From positions 1,440,001-1,504,000 of the forward strand of contig OZ252244.1 of NCBI GenBank assembly GCA_965249575.1: a stretch of 64,000 nucleotides of DNA, read 5' to 3'. A model generated the notes under the pieces. That model was not told where the DNA came from. It saw nothing but the letters and a program-made list of their open reading frames with translations, and did not search any database. The DNA is from Gemmatimonadales bacterium. Its GTDB lineage: Bacteria; Gemmatimonadota; Gemmatimonadetes; Gemmatimonadales; GWC2-71-9. Below are positions 9,192 through 20,811 of the stretch, one piece after another (position 1 is the first letter of the stretch; each line of letters opens with the position of its first letter). A program made the translations under genes and the position numbers.

Positions 9192-10937
9192 ATGGAATAC
9201 TTTCGTTCGATCGTCGACTGGCTGAACAACGCAATCTGGAGCTTTGGCATCCCGGCGGGAGAGGAAACCGTTCCGCTCGTCGTGATCGCGCTGATCGGCA
9301 CCGGTCTGTTTCTGACCTTCAGGCTCGGGTTCGTGCAGCTCCGCCACTTGGGCCACGGGTTCGGAGTGACCAGCGGCAAGTACGACGATCCGAACGAGCC
9401 GGGCGACGTGTCACACTTTCAGGCGCTGACTACGGCCTTGTCGGCCACCGTAGGCATCGGGAACATCGCGGGTGTCGCCATCGCGATACACTGGGGTGGT
9501 CCCGGGGCACTCTTCTGGATGTGGGTGACGGCAGTCTTGGGCATGGCAACGAAGTTCGGCGAGGTCACCCTCGCTCAACACTACCGTCACCTCGAGTCGC
9601 CCGATCAGGGCCCCCACAAGTGGGAGGGGTCGGTGTCTGGTGGCCCCATGTACTACATCGAGAAGGGGCTCGGCCCGGCCTGGAAACCGCTCGCGGTCCT
9701 CTTCGCAGCGTTGCTTGGAACGACGGCCTTCCTGACCGGGAATGCAGTCCAGGCAAATACCGTCGCAGACACGATGAACACGACCTTCGGAATCCCGCCG
9801 TGGGCGACCGGACTCTTCACGGCGACCGTCGTAGCGCTCGTCATCATCGGCGGCATTTCTCGCATCGGGAAAGTGACCGGGATCCTCGCGCCAGTGATGG
9901 CTGCCATCTACGCGGCTGGTGCAATCGTCATCATTCTCGGCAACTACGATCAGATCCTACCAACATTCGGGTTGATCTTTCGTGAAGCGTTCAATCCGTC
10001 CGCTGGAATAGCCGGCACCGGCGTTGGAGCGATCCTCGTTACCATGATGTGGGGCGTCAAACGTGGACTCTTCTCGAACGAGGCGGGGCAGGGTTCCGCG
10101 CCCATTGCCCACGCCGCCGCGAAGACCGATGAGCCCGTGTCCGAGGGCGTCGTTGCATTGGTCGAGCCGTTCATCGACACGATCGTGATCGTCACGATGA
10201 CGGCGCTCGTCATCATCATCACGGGAGTGTGGAACCAACGCGTGCCCACGGCGATCACGCTCACGGGCGGCGACCTCAGCTACGTCGCGAGCGCCGGGGA
10301 GGGCCGGTACGGCTCCGCGACGGCGCCCGACGAGATCCGGATCGAGAACGGATTCCACGCTGACACCAGCGCCGGGGTCGCCCAGCTGGCTTGGCACGAG
10401 GTACACCTCAAGCGCGTTTACGAGGACACGGCCCAGACCGTGCCCTTCACGGGTGTCGTTCGTCCGGCGGACGGCGTGGCGGTATCGGCGGCCGGAGCCG
10501 TCCGCTCCGAGCTGTATGCGTCGGCCGTCGAAAGTGGGGCACCTCTGACCATGCTTGGATTCCAGCAAGGGCTCCCGGGCGACTGGGGACAGCTGATCGT
10601 TGTCCTCAGCGTTCTCTTGTTCGCCATCTCGACCGCCATCGCGTGGAGCTACTACGGCGACCGGTGCGCCAACTATCTCTTCGGCGCCAAGGCGGTGCTT
10701 CCGTACAAGATCGCTTACATCCTCATGCACTTTGTCGGGGCAGTGCTCTCGCTCGCCGTTGTGTGGGACCTCGGGGACGTATTCCTCGGCATGGTCATCC
10801 TCCCGAACTTGATCGCGCTCGTACTCCTCTCACCCAAGGTGGCCGAGCTGACGAAGAGTTATTTCGAGCGCAAGCCATGGATCGAGAACGCCGAGGTACA
10901 TCGCCGGCTAAAAGCGGAAAAGAAGCACCGGGCGTGA
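9192..10937 (+). CDS. Alanine/glycine:cation symporter (AGCS family)
   Basis: ATVGIGNIAGVA, GGPGALFWMW, GGPMYY, RGLFSNEAGQGSAPIAHA; ATG at 9192. Confidence 0.93.
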   Translation: MEYFRSIVDWLNNAIWSFGIPAGEETVPLVVIALIGTGLFLTFRLGFVQLRHLGHGFGVTSGKYDDPNEPGDVSHFQALTTALSATVGIGNIAGVAIAIHWGGPGALFWMWVTAVLGMATKFGEVTLAQHYRHLESPDQGPHKWEGSVSGGPMYYIEKGLGPAWKPLAVLFAALLGTTAFLTGNAVQANTVADTMNTTFGIPPWATGLFTATVVALVIIGGISRIGKVTGILAPVMAAIYAAGAIVIILGNYDQILPTFGLIFREAFNPSAGIAGTGVGAILVTMMWGVKRGLFSNEAGQGSAPIAHAAAKTDEPVSEGVVALVEPFIDTIVIVTMTALVIIITGVWNQRVPTAITLTGGDLSYVASAGEGRYGSATAPDEIRIENGFHADTSAGVAQLAWHEVHLKRVYEDTAQTVPFTGVVRPADGVAVSAAGAVRSELYASAVESGAPLTMLGFQQGLPGDWGQLIVVLSVLLFAISTAIAWSYYGDRCANYLFGAKAVLPYKIAYILMHFVGAVLSLAVVWDLGDVFLGMVILPNLIALVLLSPKVAELTKSYFERKPWIENAEVHRRLKAEKKHRA

Positions 10938-10957
10938 CGTAGTCGGAGCCCGAACCC

Positions 10958-12526
<1,569 letters not shown>

Positions 12527-12892
12527 TCAACCCGGCGGGTCACCGCCGGTCGAATCATCCGCACTCCCCTGCCCTTTCCCCTGCTCCGCGTCTTCCGGCG
12601 ATGCGTCTCCTAACTCCTTTCGAGCGGCCTGCCCCGCAGCGTTCAACCCCCGCATGACCCGTCCCGCGGCGTCCACCGCACCCATCGTCCCTTTGATGGC
12701 GGCGGCGGGCAGGCGGCCGGCTCTGAGCGTGTCTTCCACGGTCTCGGCGATCTTCTGAAAGGCTGACGCGTCTCCGGCACCGGCCGAGTATTTCGATTCC
12801 AAGAACTCGATGTAGTCGAGCACCTGGTAGATCTTCTCGTCGGGCAGGCCCTCGAGTTTTCGAAGAATCCGTTCGCGTTGGACATCCAGCAT
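12527..12892 (-). CDS. Hypothetical protein, DUF2281-like N-terminus
   Basis: RKLEGLPDEKIYQVLDYIEFLESKY; ATG at 12892. Confidence 0.65.
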   Translation of the reverse strand: MLDVQRERILRKLEGLPDEKIYQVLDYIEFLESKYSAGAGDASAFQKIAETVEDTLRAGRLPAAAIKGTMGAVDAAGRVMRGLNAAGQAARKELGDASPEDAEQGKGQGSADDSTGGDPPG

Positions 12893-12960
12893 CGGCGATT
12901 CCTCCGGGTGACGCGACAACGCCTCACCACTAATGAACCCACCCGACGTAGCCGCCCCGA

Positions 12961-14067
12961 CTACGGTTTCCGGACCGACATGTCGACGAGCTCGACTAAC
13001 GGATTGCCAAGGTACCGGGAGCGCGCGCTGCGAACGCGAGCGACGATCAGGAGCTGCGCGAGGGGAGCCAGGCGTTCGATCTCCTGCAACTGCGCGGGGG
13101 TGAGCATAACGTAGACGAAGCCGGCCTCAGGCATCGGGCCTCTGGCAAGCATGTAACGCTCGCCCCGCGGAATCTCCGGACGCAACTCGTCAGCAGTGGG
13201 CAGGGACAAGTATTGGACGGTCCACTGGATCATCTTTCCTTCGAACTCTCCCGGACTTGCGCGCACCTCCGCGCCCGTCACTCCGACCAACACTCCGGCG
13301 GCGGCAGGACGTAGTTCTTCCTCGCGGACCCAACCCTCGACACGCACCCGCACCCACTCGCCCGAGCGGGCGAGCACCCGCACGGGTGTCTCGGGGTCGA
13401 GGGTCATGGACGACGTGGTGTCCGGCGTTCGCGTGAACGCCGCCGACGTGCTCGTCACGGCCCAATCGAGCGTGCCCTCCCCGTTCGCTTCTCGGTCCAC
13501 GGCGGAGGCCACGGTCGGGGCATCCCCGGCACCGCCAGCCGCTCGAGTGAGCGAGCGACCCCACATCCAGCCCGTCCTCCTCACCTGGATCCAATCACCG
13601 TCACGGGCCAGCTCATCCAGCAGGCAGCCCCGCTCGAGCCGCGCCAGAACCCTGCCGTTTGGGCCGGTCCTCAGGTTCTCCCCCCCACGGGCCGCAACCG
13701 TCAAGTCTCGCGCCCCGCTGGGATCCGGCCCGAGGGAGGCGCCCCAAATCCATCCCTCTAAGCGGATCTCCACCCAGCCGTCCCGTGCATCACCGCCGCG
13801 CACCTCTGCCCCCTCTCGAACGGCGGCTAGCAGGTTCCCTCTTGGGCTGGGCTCGGTCCTGAAGTTCTCCGCGCGAACGACGCGATACGTGACCTGCGCA
13901 GCGAGCTCGATTTGCTGGGCCAGAAGCAGACAGGCGAATAGCGAGATCCAGGGTGGAAGCGCTACTGACGCGACGCTAGATTGGGCCATCTTCGCAGGTG
14001 AGGACCAGCGCGCAGTCGGACTTTCGGTCACCGAGCCCCCGCGTCCGTGGAGTGACTGTCGGTTCAT
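12961..14067 (-). CDS. Exported protein with three bacterial SH3-like domains
   Basis: Repeated (E)N(F/L)R..P.G and GxW(V/I)x(I/V)Rx(E/T)GW motifs; start uncertain. Confidence 0.75.
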   Translation of the reverse strand: MNRQSLHGRGGSVTESPTARWSSPAKMAQSSVASVALPPWISLFACLLLAQQIELAAQVTYRVVRAENFRTEPSPRGNLLAAVREGAEVRGGDARDGWVEIRLEGWIWGASLGPDPSGARDLTVAARGGENLRTGPNGRVLARLERGCLLDELARDGDWIQVRRTGWMWGRSLTRAAGGAGDAPTVASAVDREANGEGTLDWAVTSTSAAFTRTPDTTSSMTLDPETPVRVLARSGEWVRVRVEGWVREEELRPAAAGVLVGVTGAEVRASPGEFEGKMIQWTVQYLSLPTADELRPEIPRGERYMLARGPMPEAGFVYVMLTPAQLQEIERLAPLAQLLIVARVRSARSRYLGNPLVELVDMSVRKP

Positions 14068-14168
14068 CCGTTTACCTGCGAGGGATTGTAGAAGGACCCC
14101 CTGACGAAGTCAAAGGGTACCGTTCTAGGAATGCTGACATTGATTGAAGCGGTGGCGGAACTGACCCC

Positions 14169-14867
14169 ATGAAGAGACTACCCCTGGCGGGGATCATGAT
14201 GTTGGCGATGGTCGAGTCGCTCACCGCACAGGTGGGACACGACCCGGCGAAATCGCCCTACTCCGATCTGGCGACCAAGCAATCGCTGAGCCTCTCGGTG
14301 GGCTATCTTGCCGGCTCCCGCGGGAAAATCGGCGTCGGGCCCGCGGGCGGAGGAATCGCCGAACTCCGCTACGACCGCGCCGTTGGCGGCGCATTCGAGG
14401 TGTTGGTGGCGATGTCGGTTGCCGACCTCGAACGCTTTGCGGTCGACCCGAACGCGCCGGTGAGTGCCCGCACGTTTGGACCGATCAACGAGACCCTCAT
14501 ACTCCTGGGAGCTGGGATGCATGTGGTGCTGCCCGGACGCAAGACCTGGCACCGATTGGCGCCCTACGCGGGGGTCGGATTCGGGATTGCGTTCCAGACC
14601 GGCCTGAGCAGGGATCTGAGCGGATACGAGTTCGGATCGAAGTTCTATCTCGCGCCGACGTTCGGGATCAAGTGGTATCCCACCCCCGCGGTCGCCGTAA
14701 AGGTCGAAGCCCGGGACTTCTTGTGGCGGCTGTCCTATCCCAACACCTTCTTCACGGCGTCGGGGACCAACACAGAGCCGGTTTTGGATCCGAACGTGGA
14801 CGACAACACCGATTGGGCGCACCACGCCACAGTCGCGCTGTCGCTGGGTTACACGTTCTTTTTCTGA
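14169..14867 (+). CDS. Outer-membrane beta-barrel protein
   Basis: Signal peptide, alternating hydrophobic strands, PYAGVGFG, C-terminal LSLGYTFFF. Confidence 0.7.
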   Translation: MKRLPLAGIMMLAMVESLTAQVGHDPAKSPYSDLATKQSLSLSVGYLAGSRGKIGVGPAGGGIAELRYDRAVGGAFEVLVAMSVADLERFAVDPNAPVSARTFGPINETLILLGAGMHVVLPGRKTWHRLAPYAGVGFGIAFQTGLSRDLSGYEFGSKFYLAPTFGIKWYPTPAVAVKVEARDFLWRLSYPNTFFTASGTNTEPVLDPNVDDNTDWAHHATVALSLGYTFFF

Positions 14868-14874
14868 CCCGAGC

Positions 14875-15570
14875 TTGGATCTTTTCCTCGAGGGACTCCG
14901 CCAGGCCGCGGAACTGATCTTCTCCGGTGACGCTGACATTCTTGGCGTCACCTTTCTCTCGTTACGGATAGCGGTGATAGCGACACTCACCGCCTGCGCG
15001 CTCGGAATCCCGATCGGGTTCGTTATCGGCACCACCGCGTTCCGGGGCCGCCGGGCAACCCTCACCCTCCTCAACACCCTGCTGGCCCTACCGACCGTGG
15101 TCATCGGACTGTTCATCTGGGGGTTGTTGGCCCGCCGTGGGCCGCTGGGAGCTGCGGGACTACTCTACACCTGGTGGGCGATCGTCATTGCCGAGGTAGT
15201 GCTCGCGGTACCGATCGCCGCCGCCCTCACTGCGGCCGCGGTGCAGTCGATTGACCCCCGAGTGCGACGTACGGCGCTCACCCTCGGCGCGAGCCGATTG
15301 CAGGCAACCCTGGCGGTAGCCCGGGAGGCTCGCTTCGCGTTAATCTCCGCGGTCATCGTGGCGTTCGGCAGAGTGCTGTCGGAGGTCGGCGCGGCAATGA
15401 TCGTCGGCGGAAACATTCGCCATCACACCCGGACGCTCACCACGGCGGTGGCGCTCGCGACCTCCCAGGGGAACTTCGCCCTGGCGGTCGCGCTTGGCCT
15501 GGTCCTCTTGGCCATCGCGCTCACGGCGAACGTGGTATTACAGATCCTCCAGGGACAGGGCCACGCTTAG
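14875..15570 (+). CDS. tupB: Tungstate ABC transporter permease
   Basis: LPTVVIGL, RRGPLG, FGRVLSEVGAAMIVGGNIRHHTRTLTTA. Confidence 0.88.
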   Translation: MDLFLEGLRQAAELIFSGDADILGVTFLSLRIAVIATLTACALGIPIGFVIGTTAFRGRRATLTLLNTLLALPTVVIGLFIWGLLARRGPLGAAGLLYTWWAIVIAEVVLAVPIAAALTAAAVQSIDPRVRRTALTLGASRLQATLAVAREARFALISAVIVAFGRVLSEVGAAMIVGGNIRHHTRTLTTAVALATSQGNFALAVALGLVLLAIALTANVVLQILQGQGHA

Positions 15571-16558
15571 GGTCCGGGGTCTGGCGCACGCCTACAACGG
15601 GCGTCCGGTGCTGCGCATTGACGCCATGGACATCGTGGCGGGCCGCATCACCGCCGTAGTCGGCCCGAACGGCTCGGGAAAGAGCACCCTCCTCCGTATT
15701 CTGGGGTTCATCGAACGACCCGTCGAAGGAAGGTTCCAGCTAGACGGTGCGGCCGTCGCGACGAACGTCGAGCGGCAGGTCGCCCGACAGGCCGTGACCC
15801 TCATCGAGCAGCGCCCGTTGCTGTTCCGGGGCACCGTGCTTCGCAACCTGACATACGCGCTCCGGCTACACGACGTGGCGGCCTCAGCGGCTCAAACGCG
15901 TAGCCTGGAAGCGCTCGCCCGACTCGGAGCAACCGAGCTTGCGTCCCGGAGCGCACGCGAGCTCAGCGAAGGACAAACCCAGACCGTCGCCCTTGCCCGC
16001 GCCATCGCGCTGCGCCCTCGCGTCCTGCTGCTCGACGAACCTGCAAGTGCCGCCGACCGAGCGTCGCTATTGCATCTTACGACCGTCTTGAGAGAGGAGC
16101 GGGATCGCGGGCTGGCGGTCTGCTTCGCGACCCACGTGCTCGACGACGCCTATCGTCTGTCCGACAACATCCTGTCTTTGTCGGCGGGATCCGCCACCGC
16201 GATCACACCCGAGAATCTCTTCCGTACGTTCGCGCCAGTCGCTGACGGCCCCAAAGTCGTGAATGCCGGCCCGCTGAAACTCCAGATCGTCACCAATCGG
16301 ACAGGATCAGTCACGATTGCCATTCCCCCCAACGACATCGTGGTGAGCCGTGAACCGCTACACTCCAGCGCGCGAAATCAGTTCGCCGGCCGGGTCGTCC
16401 GGGCTGCCGAGGACGGTCTGGGCACCATCACCCTGACAGTCGACGTGGGTGTCGACTTGATTGCCCGAATCACCCGCGCGGCATTCGAGGAGTTGGGGAT
16501 AACCGTTGGATCGCCCGTGGTGCTGTCGATCAAGGCAATGGCCGTGCGCGTCATCTGA
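15563..16558 (+). CDS. Tungstate/molybdate ABC transporter ATP-binding protein with C-terminal TOBE domain (TupC-like)
   Basis: GPNGSGKSTLL, LLLDEP, SSARNQF TOBE motif; the expected start position (15563) reads ACG. Confidence 0.82.
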   Translation, partial: TLRVRGLAHAYNGRPVLRIDAMDIVAGRITAVVGPNGSGKSTLLRILGFIERPVEGRFQLDGAAVATNVERQVARQAVTLIEQRPLLFRGTVLRNLTYALRLHDVAASAAQTRSLEALARLGATELASRSARELSEGQTQTVALARAIALRPRVLLLDEPASAADRASLLHLTTVLREERDRGLAVCFATHVLDDAYRLSDNILSLSAGSATAITPENLFRTFAPVADGPKVVNAGPLKLQIVTNRTGSVTIAIPPNDIVVSREPLHSSARNQFAGRVVRAAEDGLGTITLTVDVGVDLIARITRAAFEELGITVGSPVVLSIKAMAVRVI

Positions 16559-16578
16559 GTGTTCGCTACATTCCAGCC

Positions 16579-17004
16579 GTGCCCACCGCCTCTTTGACCC
16601 GAGCCGTCACGTTCAACGCGGCCCACCGGTATTTCCGTCCGGATTGGTCGGCGGAGCGAAACGCCGAAGTGTTTGGATTCTGCGCTGGGGAGCATGGCCA
16701 CGGCCACACCTATCAATGCCGTGTGACCGTGACCGGTGAAATCGACGCGGAGACCGGTATGCTCGTGGATCTTCGCGCGCTGGACCGTATCTTGGAGGAT
16801 GAAGTCACCAGGCGGTTCGATCACCGCCACCTGAACCATGACGTGCCGGAGTTCGCGTTTGGGAAGCGAATCCCGACCGCCGAACAGCTAGCATTGTTGG
16901 TGTGGCAGCGCGTTGCGCGGCGGTTGCCCGAGGACGTGCGCCTGCACCGAGTACGTGTTGAGGAGGGGCCACATCTCTACGCGGAATACGACGGAGCGGA
17001 CTGA
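16579..17004 (+). CDS. queD: 6-carboxytetrahydropterin / 6-pyruvoyltetrahydropterin synthase family
   Basis: FNAAH, C...HGHGHTY, GMLVDL, FDHRHLN, PTAE. Confidence 0.85.
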   Translation: MPTASLTRAVTFNAAHRYFRPDWSAERNAEVFGFCAGEHGHGHTYQCRVTVTGEIDAETGMLVDLRALDRILEDEVTRRFDHRHLNHDVPEFAFGKRIPTAEQLALLVWQRVARRLPEDVRLHRVRVEEGPHLYAEYDGAD

Positions 17005-17041
17005 CACCACGCCCAGCCGCCCGCCAAAGCGCCGGGGCCGG

Positions 17042-17767
17042 ATGCTCGCGGACCGGGCGGTGGTGGAGGAAGTTCCGGTATGGCTGGAGGTGAACGGGCG
17101 ACCGGCCGTGACCTGGATGTGCACACCGCACCAACTGGAGGAACTGGCCATCGGGTGGCTCCACGGAGAGGGATATATCGCCTCGCTGGAAGACCTCACC
17201 GGTCTTCGGCCCTGCGCCAGCGACCTCGGTTTCTGGGCGGACGTCGATTCGAAGAGAGTCGAGAGCGTTGACGCGGAAGAGCGCCGCCAAGTGCTCGCCT
17301 CCGGATGCGGTGCCGTGACGATATTCCTGAGCGACCCTGCGACGGTTCCCCTGACACCTCCCAGCGGCGACATTCCGCCACTCGACCGGTTGCGCGCTTT
17401 ATTCAAGGAGTTGTTTCAGCAGGGAGAGCGCTATCAAAGCACCGGTGGGATCCACGCCGCGACGCTGACCGACGGTACCCGTCTGCTCCACCATGCAGAA
17501 GACATCGGGCGACACAACGCGGTCGACAAGGTCATCGGGGGAGCCATCCTCGCCAAACGGGCGCTCGCGGGTCTCGGTCTCCTGGTCACGGGGCGTATAT
17601 CGGCGGAGTTGTCTTTCAAGGCAGCGCGAGCCGGGTTGGCGTACATCGCCACGCCTTCGGTGCCGTCCACCCTTGCCGTGACGGTCGCTCGGCGCGCAGG
17701 CATGACGCTGATCGGCCGAGCCGTCAGTGGATCACCACATTTCCATGACCCCTCAGAACGCGCGTAG
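17042..17767 (+). CDS. fdhD: Formate dehydrogenase accessory sulfurtransferase
   Basis: SGCG, TGGIHAA, EDIGRHNAVDKVIG, TGRIS; ATG at 17042. Confidence 0.9.
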   Translation: MLADRAVVEEVPVWLEVNGRPAVTWMCTPHQLEELAIGWLHGEGYIASLEDLTGLRPCASDLGFWADVDSKRVESVDAEERRQVLASGCGAVTIFLSDPATVPLTPPSGDIPPLDRLRALFKELFQQGERYQSTGGIHAATLTDGTRLLHHAEDIGRHNAVDKVIGGAILAKRALAGLGLLVTGRISAELSFKAARAGLAYIATPSVPSTLAVTVARRAGMTLIGRAVSGSPHFHDPSERA

Positions 17768-17849
17768 CACCGCCCCGGGCGGATGGGCGTTTCGGGTCCC
17801 GCCGCCTCCTCGCGTGGGGTCGGGCAGGGCGTCATTGGGAGTCAAGTAG

Positions 17850-18449
17850 ATGCGTGGGGCGGTGCTGGCCGGGGGAGCGGCGAGCCGGTTTGAGGGCCGA
17901 CCAAAAGGGCTCGAGCGAATCGGCGGCGAGCGCATGCTCGATCGGGTGGTGCAGGTCGTCCAATCCACGACGGGCGAAGCGCCCCTCTTGATCGCCAATG
18001 CTGAGGAGGCTTCGACGTGGCGAAACGATCTCCAGGTCGTGGAAGACCCCATCCGTGAATGTGGGAGTTTGGGGGGCATCTACACCGCGGTGACCGCCGC
18101 CGAAGGACCCGTTTTGCTCGTTGCCTGGGACATGCCGTTCATTCCGGTTACACTGCTCGCGGCCTTGGTGAAAGGCGCGGAAGCCTACGACGTCTTTCTG
18201 CCGGAGAGCGGCGGGAGGAGGGGCGTGGAGCCTCTCTGCGGAGTGTACGGACCGCAGTGTGCGCCGGCCATTCGAGAGCGCATCCACAATGAGGACTACC
18301 GCGCGATCGGCTTCCACGAGGCCGTGCGCGCCGGCACGCTCACCCGGGCGGAGGTTGAGCAGCACGGGGATCCCGGGGTCATGTTCTTCAACGTCAACAC
18401 CGGGGACGACCTGACAAAGGCTGAGGAACTGTGGCGACAACTCGGATAG
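17850..18449 (+). CDS. mobA: Molybdenum cofactor guanylyltransferase
   Basis: AVLAGGAASRF, GSLGGI, DMPF, EPLCGVY, FFNVNT. Confidence 0.92.
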   Translation: MRGAVLAGGAASRFEGRPKGLERIGGERMLDRVVQVVQSTTGEAPLLIANAEEASTWRNDLQVVEDPIRECGSLGGIYTAVTAAEGPVLLVAWDMPFIPVTLLAALVKGAEAYDVFLPESGGRRGVEPLCGVYGPQCAPAIRERIHNEDYRAIGFHEAVRAGTLTRAEVEQHGDPGVMFFNVNTGDDLTKAEELWRQLG

Positions 18450-18973
18450 TCTCCATCGTCGGAAAGAAGGGGTCGGGAAAGACGACCCTCCTCGTGGCCC
18501 TCGCGGCAGAGTTTAACCGACGCAAGCGGCGGGTCGCCACGATCAAACATGGACATCACCCCGCTCTGATCGACACCGAGGGGAAAGACACGTGGCGGCA
18601 TTACAACGAGGGATCGGCCAGCCCCGTGCTCATAGAGTCCCCGGGGCATCGCGTTCTCTTCGAACGCACCGATCACGAGTCCGACCCGGAGACCTTGGTG
18701 GCTCGTTACATGGCCGGCGCCGACATCGTGCTTGTGGAAGGATTCAAGAGCGCCGCGCTTCCCAAGATCGAGGTGCACCGCACCGAGGCGCACGACAAGC
18801 CGCTCATCAGCGAGCCTGGCAAGGACGCGGGAACCTGGATTGCGATAGTAACGGACGCGGATACGCTGCGGGTTTCCTGTCCAGTGTTTCGATTCAAGGA
18901 CACCGCCTGGTTGTTCTCACTCTCGAATCTCGCCTGGGATAACGCGAAGGTCGTTGAGACCCGCGACCCGTGA
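18431..18973 (+). CDS. mobB: Molybdopterin-guanine dinucleotide biosynthesis protein B
   Basis: GKKGSGKTTL, IKHGHH, GKDT, LVEGFK, PKIEV. Confidence 0.92.
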   Translation: MATTRIVSIVGKKGSGKTTLLVALAAEFNRRKRRVATIKHGHHPALIDTEGKDTWRHYNEGSASPVLIESPGHRVLFERTDHESDPETLVARYMAGADIVLVEGFKSAALPKIEVHRTEAHDKPLISEPGKDAGTWIAIVTDADTLRVSCPVFRFKDTAWLFSLSNLAWDNAKVVETRDP

Positions 18974-19021
18974 ACAGCGGGGCGATCTGGCCACCCGCAC
19001 GAACGTGGCGATGATGTAGCC

Positions 19022-20272
19022 ATGCTCACCCCGGCAGCGGCGGCACGGGCTATTCTGCAGGAAGTCACTCCCCAACCGGTTGTAGACGTGAGGCTAAACG
19101 AGGCGCTCAACCGCGTGCTCGCTACTGACGTGGCGAGCCCAATCGACCTGCCCGCGTGGGACAATTCGGCGATGGACGGCTACGCGGTTCGGAGCGAGGA
19201 TATACGTGGAAGCGCCGACGACGAGGGCTCCCTCCAGCTGCACATCATAGAGACCATTCCAGCCGGAGCCTTCCCCACGAAAGCGATCACCACCGGCGAA
19301 TGCTCGCGCATCTTCACGGGTGCGCCGTTACCGGAGGGGTGTGACGGCGTCATCCGGCAAGAGGATACGACGGCACTAGCTGGGGACCTGGTCCGGATCG
19401 ACAAGACGCGCGACGCGGGACGGAATATCAGGCTTCGGGGGGAGGACATCAGGAAAGACTCCTTGATTCTCTCCAAGGGCACACCCCTCGGCCCGGCGGA
19501 GATAGGTGTCTTGGCATCCGTCGCACGCGATCCGGTGCGGGTGCACGACCGGCCTCGCATTTCCGTCATCGCCTCGGGGGACGAGATCGCCGATATGGAC
19601 GAGCGTGACGCGATTCTTCGTGGCGAGAAGATTGCATCATCGAACACATATACTCTGACGTCGATGATACGGCTGGCGGGCGCGGAGCCGGTAAACCTGG
19701 GCATCGCCAGGGACGACCCCGAAGACGTCCGGGCGAAGCTCACCGCAGCCCTGTCGAGCGACCTCATCGTGACGTCCGCGGGTGTGAGCGTAGGCGAGCA
19801 CGATTACATCCGATCGGTGCTCGACGACTTGGGCATCGATCTCAAATTCTGGCGGATCGGGATGCGCCCGGGAGCCCCGGTTGGATTCGGGCTGTTACAG
19901 GGCGTGCCCTGGATCGGCCTCCCGGGCAATCCGGTGAGTACGATGGTTACCTTCGAGCTCTTCGTCAGACCGGCGGTGCGCAAGATGCTGGGTCATTCCC
20001 TTCTCTTCCGCCGCACGACAAGGGTGCGTGTTGGTGACCCGATCAAGCTCGGCACGAGCCTCAGGCATTTCATGAGAGTCACCCTATCGGCCGAAGAGGG
20101 GGCGCTGGTGGCTCGGCTCACAGGGGCACAGGGCTCGGGGATTCTCACGTCGATGGTTAGGGCGCAGGCGCTGCTAATCGTGCCGGAGAATCGACCAACG
20201 GTCGACACCGGTGAGACACTCGATGCGATCGTGCTGGATGACCCGCACCACGTGCCGGACGTGCCTTTCTGA
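19022..20272 (+). CDS. moeA: Molybdopterin molybdenumtransferase
   Basis: NSAMDGYAV, IFTGAP, SGDE, GVSVGEHD, GLPGNPVS, QGSG. Confidence 0.95.
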   Translation: MLTPAAAARAILQEVTPQPVVDVRLNEALNRVLATDVASPIDLPAWDNSAMDGYAVRSEDIRGSADDEGSLQLHIIETIPAGAFPTKAITTGECSRIFTGAPLPEGCDGVIRQEDTTALAGDLVRIDKTRDAGRNIRLRGEDIRKDSLILSKGTPLGPAEIGVLASVARDPVRVHDRPRISVIASGDEIADMDERDAILRGEKIASSNTYTLTSMIRLAGAEPVNLGIARDDPEDVRAKLTAALSSDLIVTSAGVSVGEHDYIRSVLDDLGIDLKFWRIGMRPGAPVGFGLLQGVPWIGLPGNPVSTMVTFELFVRPAVRKMLGHSLLFRRTTRVRVGDPIKLGTSLRHFMRVTLSAEEGALVARLTGAQGSGILTSMVRAQALLIVPENRPTVDTGETLDAIVLDDPHHVPDVPF

Positions 20273-20284
20273 GGCGCGCCCTGG

Positions 20285-20767
20285 CTAACGCACGCCGAGG
20301 AGCTCCACGTCGAAGACGAGAATCGAATTGGGGGGAATCGGTCCAACCCCTCGGGCACCGTACCCCAGTTCGGAAGGGATGACGAGTTTGCGGGAACCGC
20401 CGACTCGCATGCCCGCGACCCCTTCGTCCCACCCACGGATCACCTGCCCCTGGCCGAGCGAGAACTCGAAGGCCTCATTGCGATCCTTGGAGCTGTCGAA
20501 CTTGGTGCCGTCTGGCAGCCAGCCAGTGTAGTGTACCGAGACCGTTTGTCCGGCTACTGATTCGTCGCCCGATCCGACGACGATGTCCTTGTGGTAGAGA
20601 CCGGTAGGCGATTTCGACATCGATGCGATGTCGACGCCCAGCTTGGTGGCGAAAGTAGTCATCGAGGGATCCGGGGCCGAGTTGGATGGAATCCCGTCGT
20701 CCGAGCCACAAGCCACGAGGGCTATGAGCCCGACGGCCGTGAGAGCGCCACGTCGCGCAAACCGCAT
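20285..20767 (-). CDS. FKBP-type peptidyl-prolyl isomerase (lipoprotein)
   Basis: LVAC lipobox; [36 protein letters not shown]. Confidence 0.93.
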   Translation of the reverse strand: MRFARRGALTAVGLIALVACGSDDGIPSNSAPDPSMTTFATKLGVDIASMSKSPTGLYHKDIVVGSGDESVAGQTVSVHYTGWLPDGTKFDSSKDRNEAFEFSLGQGQVIRGWDEGVAGMRVGGSRKLVIPSELGYGARGVGPIPPNSILVFDVELLGVR

Positions 20768-20811
20768 GGGGGGAATCCTCCAAAGTAGGAGCACAAGGAT
20801 GCGCGCGGGGC

